NCBI GenBank assembly: GCA_014239255.1
Contig: JAAZZE010000001.1
Span: 26,414 to 90,413 of the forward strand
Reading direction: 5' to 3'
DNA from: Gammaproteobacteria bacterium
Lineage (GTDB): Bacteria > Pseudomonadota > Gammaproteobacteria > Arenicellales > UBA868
Length of the DNA stretch: 64,000 bases
Within the stretch, counting starts at the first letter, position 1. The number at the start of each line of letters is the position of its first letter. The position numbers were made by a program, and so were the translations under genes. The notes beneath the pieces are model-generated. The model had not been told where the DNA came from, searched no databases, and saw only the letters and a list, made by a program, of their open reading frames with translations. Positions 61,450 to 64,000 of this stretch are shown one piece after another.

Positions 61450-61814
61450 TTTGGGTTTTTGTGGAAAAAATTCTAGCTGATAAAAGAGGCGATGAACTTA
61501 ATACCGCCTAGGAGAAGCACTCGGATCGGCTTGATGAAAAAAATCCTTCCGGAAATGGATCTCGTCAGCTCTTTAATGGGTGGCAGTTATTCATAATGAT
61601 CAATTTCGGGGTCGTCAACATTTGTAAGCAAACATCGGATCATCGACAAATCAGAGACCTTATTGATTATCATAGCGAGGCCTTCAATCGATAGCAGCAG
61701 ATGCCAGAAAATATTGGTATCTGACGGGTTGGTAGAAAACATAGCAAAGCGAGTACGGCCTGCAACAATACAAATTAAAGAAGTTTAGAGAGGTTTTGCT
61801 GGTGGAGGGATCAT
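61450..61814 (-). pseudogene. decayed 5' part of a TmoV/ProW-type permease
   Basis: ATG at 61814 directly after the ATPase stop. One frame reads ...NIFWHLL...DDPEIDHYE*LPPIKELTRSISGRIFFIKPIRVLLLGGIKFIASFIS*NFF..NP with 3 in-frame stops, resembling TmoV N-termini as recalled. Confidence 0.65.
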
Positions 61815-62891
61815 CTAATACCGATCCGAGCTCGCATGTGTGGTGCTGCCCCCAAAGAGTACGTTAATTACTTTAGAAGGGTGCAAAATCCCAACAACTA
61901 TATTATTGGCGTCCACAACCGATACCGCCTTTGACTCGCTGAGCACGGCCTCGGCTACGGTTTCAATAATAGCGTCTTTCGAAACCCGTAGATCTCCGAT
62001 ATTTTCCGAGGAGTCGACCGGATCCATCACGGATTCTATTTTGAGTACCTTTTCCCTTGGAACTTCTTCGGTAAATTTGTGGACATACTCAGTCGCCGGA
62101 TTGAGTACGATGTTGGCCGGGGTGTCTAACTGCTCAATGATGCCGTCTTTCATAATCGCGATACGATCGGCAAGACGAAGCGCCTCATCAAAATCGTGCG
62201 TGACAAACAAAATCGTCTTATTCAGAACGCCCTGTAGTCTCAGAAACTCATCTTGCATCTCTTTTCGGATCAGTGGATCTAAAGCCGAGAAGGGTTCATC
62301 TAGGAACCAAATATCTGGTTCAATTGCAAGCGAGCGTGCGATCCCGACACGTTGTTGTTGTCCGCCTGATAATTGCCTCGGAAAATAATTCTCTCGTCCA
62401 TCAAGACCGACAAGTTCGACCATATCCATTGCTTTTTTGATACTGTCCTGAGTGCTGCCTCCTTTTATCTGTAAGGGAAAGGCAATATTCTCAAGAACAG
62501 TTTTGTGGGGTAGTAAGGCAAAACTTTGAAAGACCATACCCATTTTGTTTCGACGAAGTTCGATGAGTTGCTTATTGTTCATCGCCAACAAATCCTGCCC
62601 GTCTATATAGATATTCCCGGCAGTAGCGTCGGTCAACTTTGAGATACAGCGAAGAAGTGTCGATTTCCCTGAGCCAGATAGGCCCATAACAACAAGCATA
62701 TCTCCCTTGAAAACCTCAAAAGATGCATTATTCACGCCAACGATACAGCCGGCATCTTGGAAGGATTTTGCGTCTACATTGCCCTTTGCGTCTGCAAGCA
62801 TCTTCTTTGCGTTGGTGCCAAATATTTTAAAAACCGACTCACACAGGATAACGGGTTGTTTCTTGCTAGTTGGCGCGATGCTGGAGAGCAC
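61815..62891 (-). CDS. quaternary-amine ABC ATPase (ProV/OpuAA family, TmoW-like)
   Basis: [51 protein letters not shown]-terminal CBS-like region; reading frame intact. Confidence 0.92.
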   Translation of the reverse strand: MLSSIAPTSKKQPVILCESVFKIFGTNAKKMLADAKGNVDAKSFQDAGCIVGVNNASFEVFKGDMLVVMGLSGSGKSTLLRCISKLTDATAGNIYIDGQDLLAMNNKQLIELRRNKMGMVFQSFALLPHKTVLENIAFPLQIKGGSTQDSIKKAMDMVELVGLDGRENYFPRQLSGGQQQRVGIARSLAIEPDIWFLDEPFSALDPLIRKEMQDEFLRLQGVLNKTILFVTHDFDEALRLADRIAIMKDGIIEQLDTPANIVLNPATEYVHKFTEEVPREKVLKIESVMDPVDSSENIGDLRVSKDAIIETVAEAVLSESKAVSVVDANNIVVGILHPSKVINVLFGGSTTHASSDRY

Positions 62892-63023
62892 AATTTAGTT
62901 CCCGATTAGGCTTTTAGACATGTTAAAGGTAAACGTATTAGTTTGCTAGGATACATTAAATTAAAACAAATCTCTTGCCCGGCCTTTAAAGTCAAGGGAG
63001 AGACCTAAGGGCGTTACCGCCTT

Positions 63024-63160
63024 TTATTCGGTTGAAAGGTTTCTACACGTCTGCGTGGCTAGTCAGTTTTTGACAGCCTCTTTATGGCTCGGTCTTTTAA
63101 TGTCTACCAACGCAGTAATTTAGCCGACCTCCTGAGTACTGAAGATATCTTGGAAAATGG
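63024..63160 (-). pseudogene. decayed 3' end of a TmoX/ProX-type substrate-binding protein gene
   Basis: FSKI(S)/FSTQEVG*ITALVDIKRPSHKEAVKN*LA/HADV*KPF/TE*, with stops at positions where Trp (TGG to TGA/TAG) is expected, plus small frameshifts. Followed by hairpins (62970-63023), as often seen after binding-protein genes. Confidence 0.65.
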
Positions 63161-63260
63161 GGTGGGTAGTTGAATGGATTTCAATCAAACGGTATATGAG
63201 TGGCATTTTTGACCTGGTTATTGCGTTCTATTTTAGATAAAGGCTTTTTTACGGAATGAA

Positions 63261-64000
63261 CTAATCTATTCCCAAAAGTTTTTTCCTTTCATCCGCCCAA
63301 GTTCGAATTAAGTTATCTACTGCTAAACACATAAAGGATACAAATATACCTAAGGTCAAACCGATACCCGCACCGCCTTTTTTTGATAATGCTCCCATAA
63401 TTATTTGACCTAGATCTATTGTTCCAATTAATGCACCAAGTATCACCATGAATAATGCGAATATGACTGTTTGGTTTATTCCTAACATGATGTGGGGGAA
63501 CGCGAGCGGTAACTCGATATTAGTCCATCTCTGCAATCGTGATACCCCTGACATCGTTCCTGCTTCATGCAATGATAATGGAACACTATTAAGACCTTCT
63601 ACAGTGTATCTAGTAGCCGGAATCACTGCATAAACAATCGCAGCTATCATAACGGATGTGTCTGTGATTCCAAAAAGTAAGATTACGGGAATCAGGTAAA
63701 TAAAAGATGGGAATGTTTGAAAGAAATCACAAATTGAAAGGATAGTTTTGCTAGCAATGCTATTTTGGGCACAAATAGATCCAACGACTATTCCTAAAAA
63801 AGCAGATATTAAAACAGCAAAAGTTGCCATGTAAGCGGTAATCAATGCTCTGTCCCAGTATTCGGAAAGCGCAATAAATAAGACTAGGCTCCCAACTATT
63901 GCCGCTGATCTTATACCTCCAACGATAAACCCTGCGCCCATCACAATAATAAACGTTGAAATGACAGGCATGCCTAAATAGGCATTTTTCATCGGTACTA
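63261..64000 (-). CDS. quaternary-amine ABC permease (ProW/TmoV-like C-terminal half; 5' end outside the window)
   Basis: QTFPSFIYLIP...FG, RYTVEGL..VP, IELPLAFPHIMLGINQT, LIGT.DLGQ. The frame stays open to the window edge; markedly AT-rich. Confidence 0.92.
   Translation of the reverse strand, partial: VPMKNAYLGMPVISTFIIVMGAGFIVGGIRSAAIVGSLVLFIALSEYWDRALITAYMATFAVLISAFLGIVVGSICAQNSIASKTILSICDFFQTFPSFIYLIPVILLFGITDTSVMIAAIVYAVIPATRYTVEGLNSVPLSLHEAGTMSGVSRLQRWTNIELPLAFPHIMLGINQTVIFALFMVILGALIGTIDLGQIIMGALSKKGGAGIGLTLGIFVSFMCLAVDNLIRTWADERKKLLGID

Noticed and set aside
1-64000. CRISPR arrays, tRNA/rRNA, IS elements, integrases, prophage, defence systems
   Set aside because: No regularly spaced repeats, cloverleaf motifs, or transposase, recombinase or phage motifs were seen by eye; a tool-based scan could still find short elements.

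Overview
64 kb of chromosome from a GC-rich (roughly mid-50s %) bacterium. Gene content (sucAB-lpdA, dut-coaBC, rpmBG, coq7, methylamine, polyamine and phenylacetate catabolism) suggests a marine Gammaproteobacterium; this is inferred, not determined. Bases 1-46 kb are mostly core or catabolic genes: paaA/paaG, 2-oxoglutarate dehydrogenase, dut/coaBC, rpmB/rpmG/infA, DegP with a two-component pair, dapE, polar-amino-acid and polyamine ABC importers, an L,D-transpeptidase/TPR/Sel1-SH3 envelope cluster, gcdH with a CoA-transferase, a B12-uptake locus with two cobalamin riboswitches, coq7 and a NodIJ-like exporter. Bases 45.5-56 kb hold a FadR-type regulator divergent from a paralogous N-methylglutamate-like C1 cluster (stand-alone FAD oxidase, atypical GS-family ligase, MgsABC-like genes, a 129-aa unknown, folD, fhs). 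Bases 56-64 kb are a lower-GC accessory region with decayed genes. The main findings are: (1) the divergent NMG-like cluster, a candidate route for an N-methylated amine other than monomethylamine, possibly dimethylamine; (2) a riboswitch-controlled TonB whose Pro-rich linker is largely replaced by about 290 aa of coiled coil containing a 98-aa tandem duplication, coupled to a 25-codon upstream ORF; (3) an intact TMAO/betaine-type ABC ATPase lying between decayed remnants of its own binding-protein and permease genes, next to an AT-rich permease that may have replaced them. No rRNA, tRNA, CRISPR array or transposase was recognised. All family assignments come from motif reading and recalled homolog sequences, not database searches.
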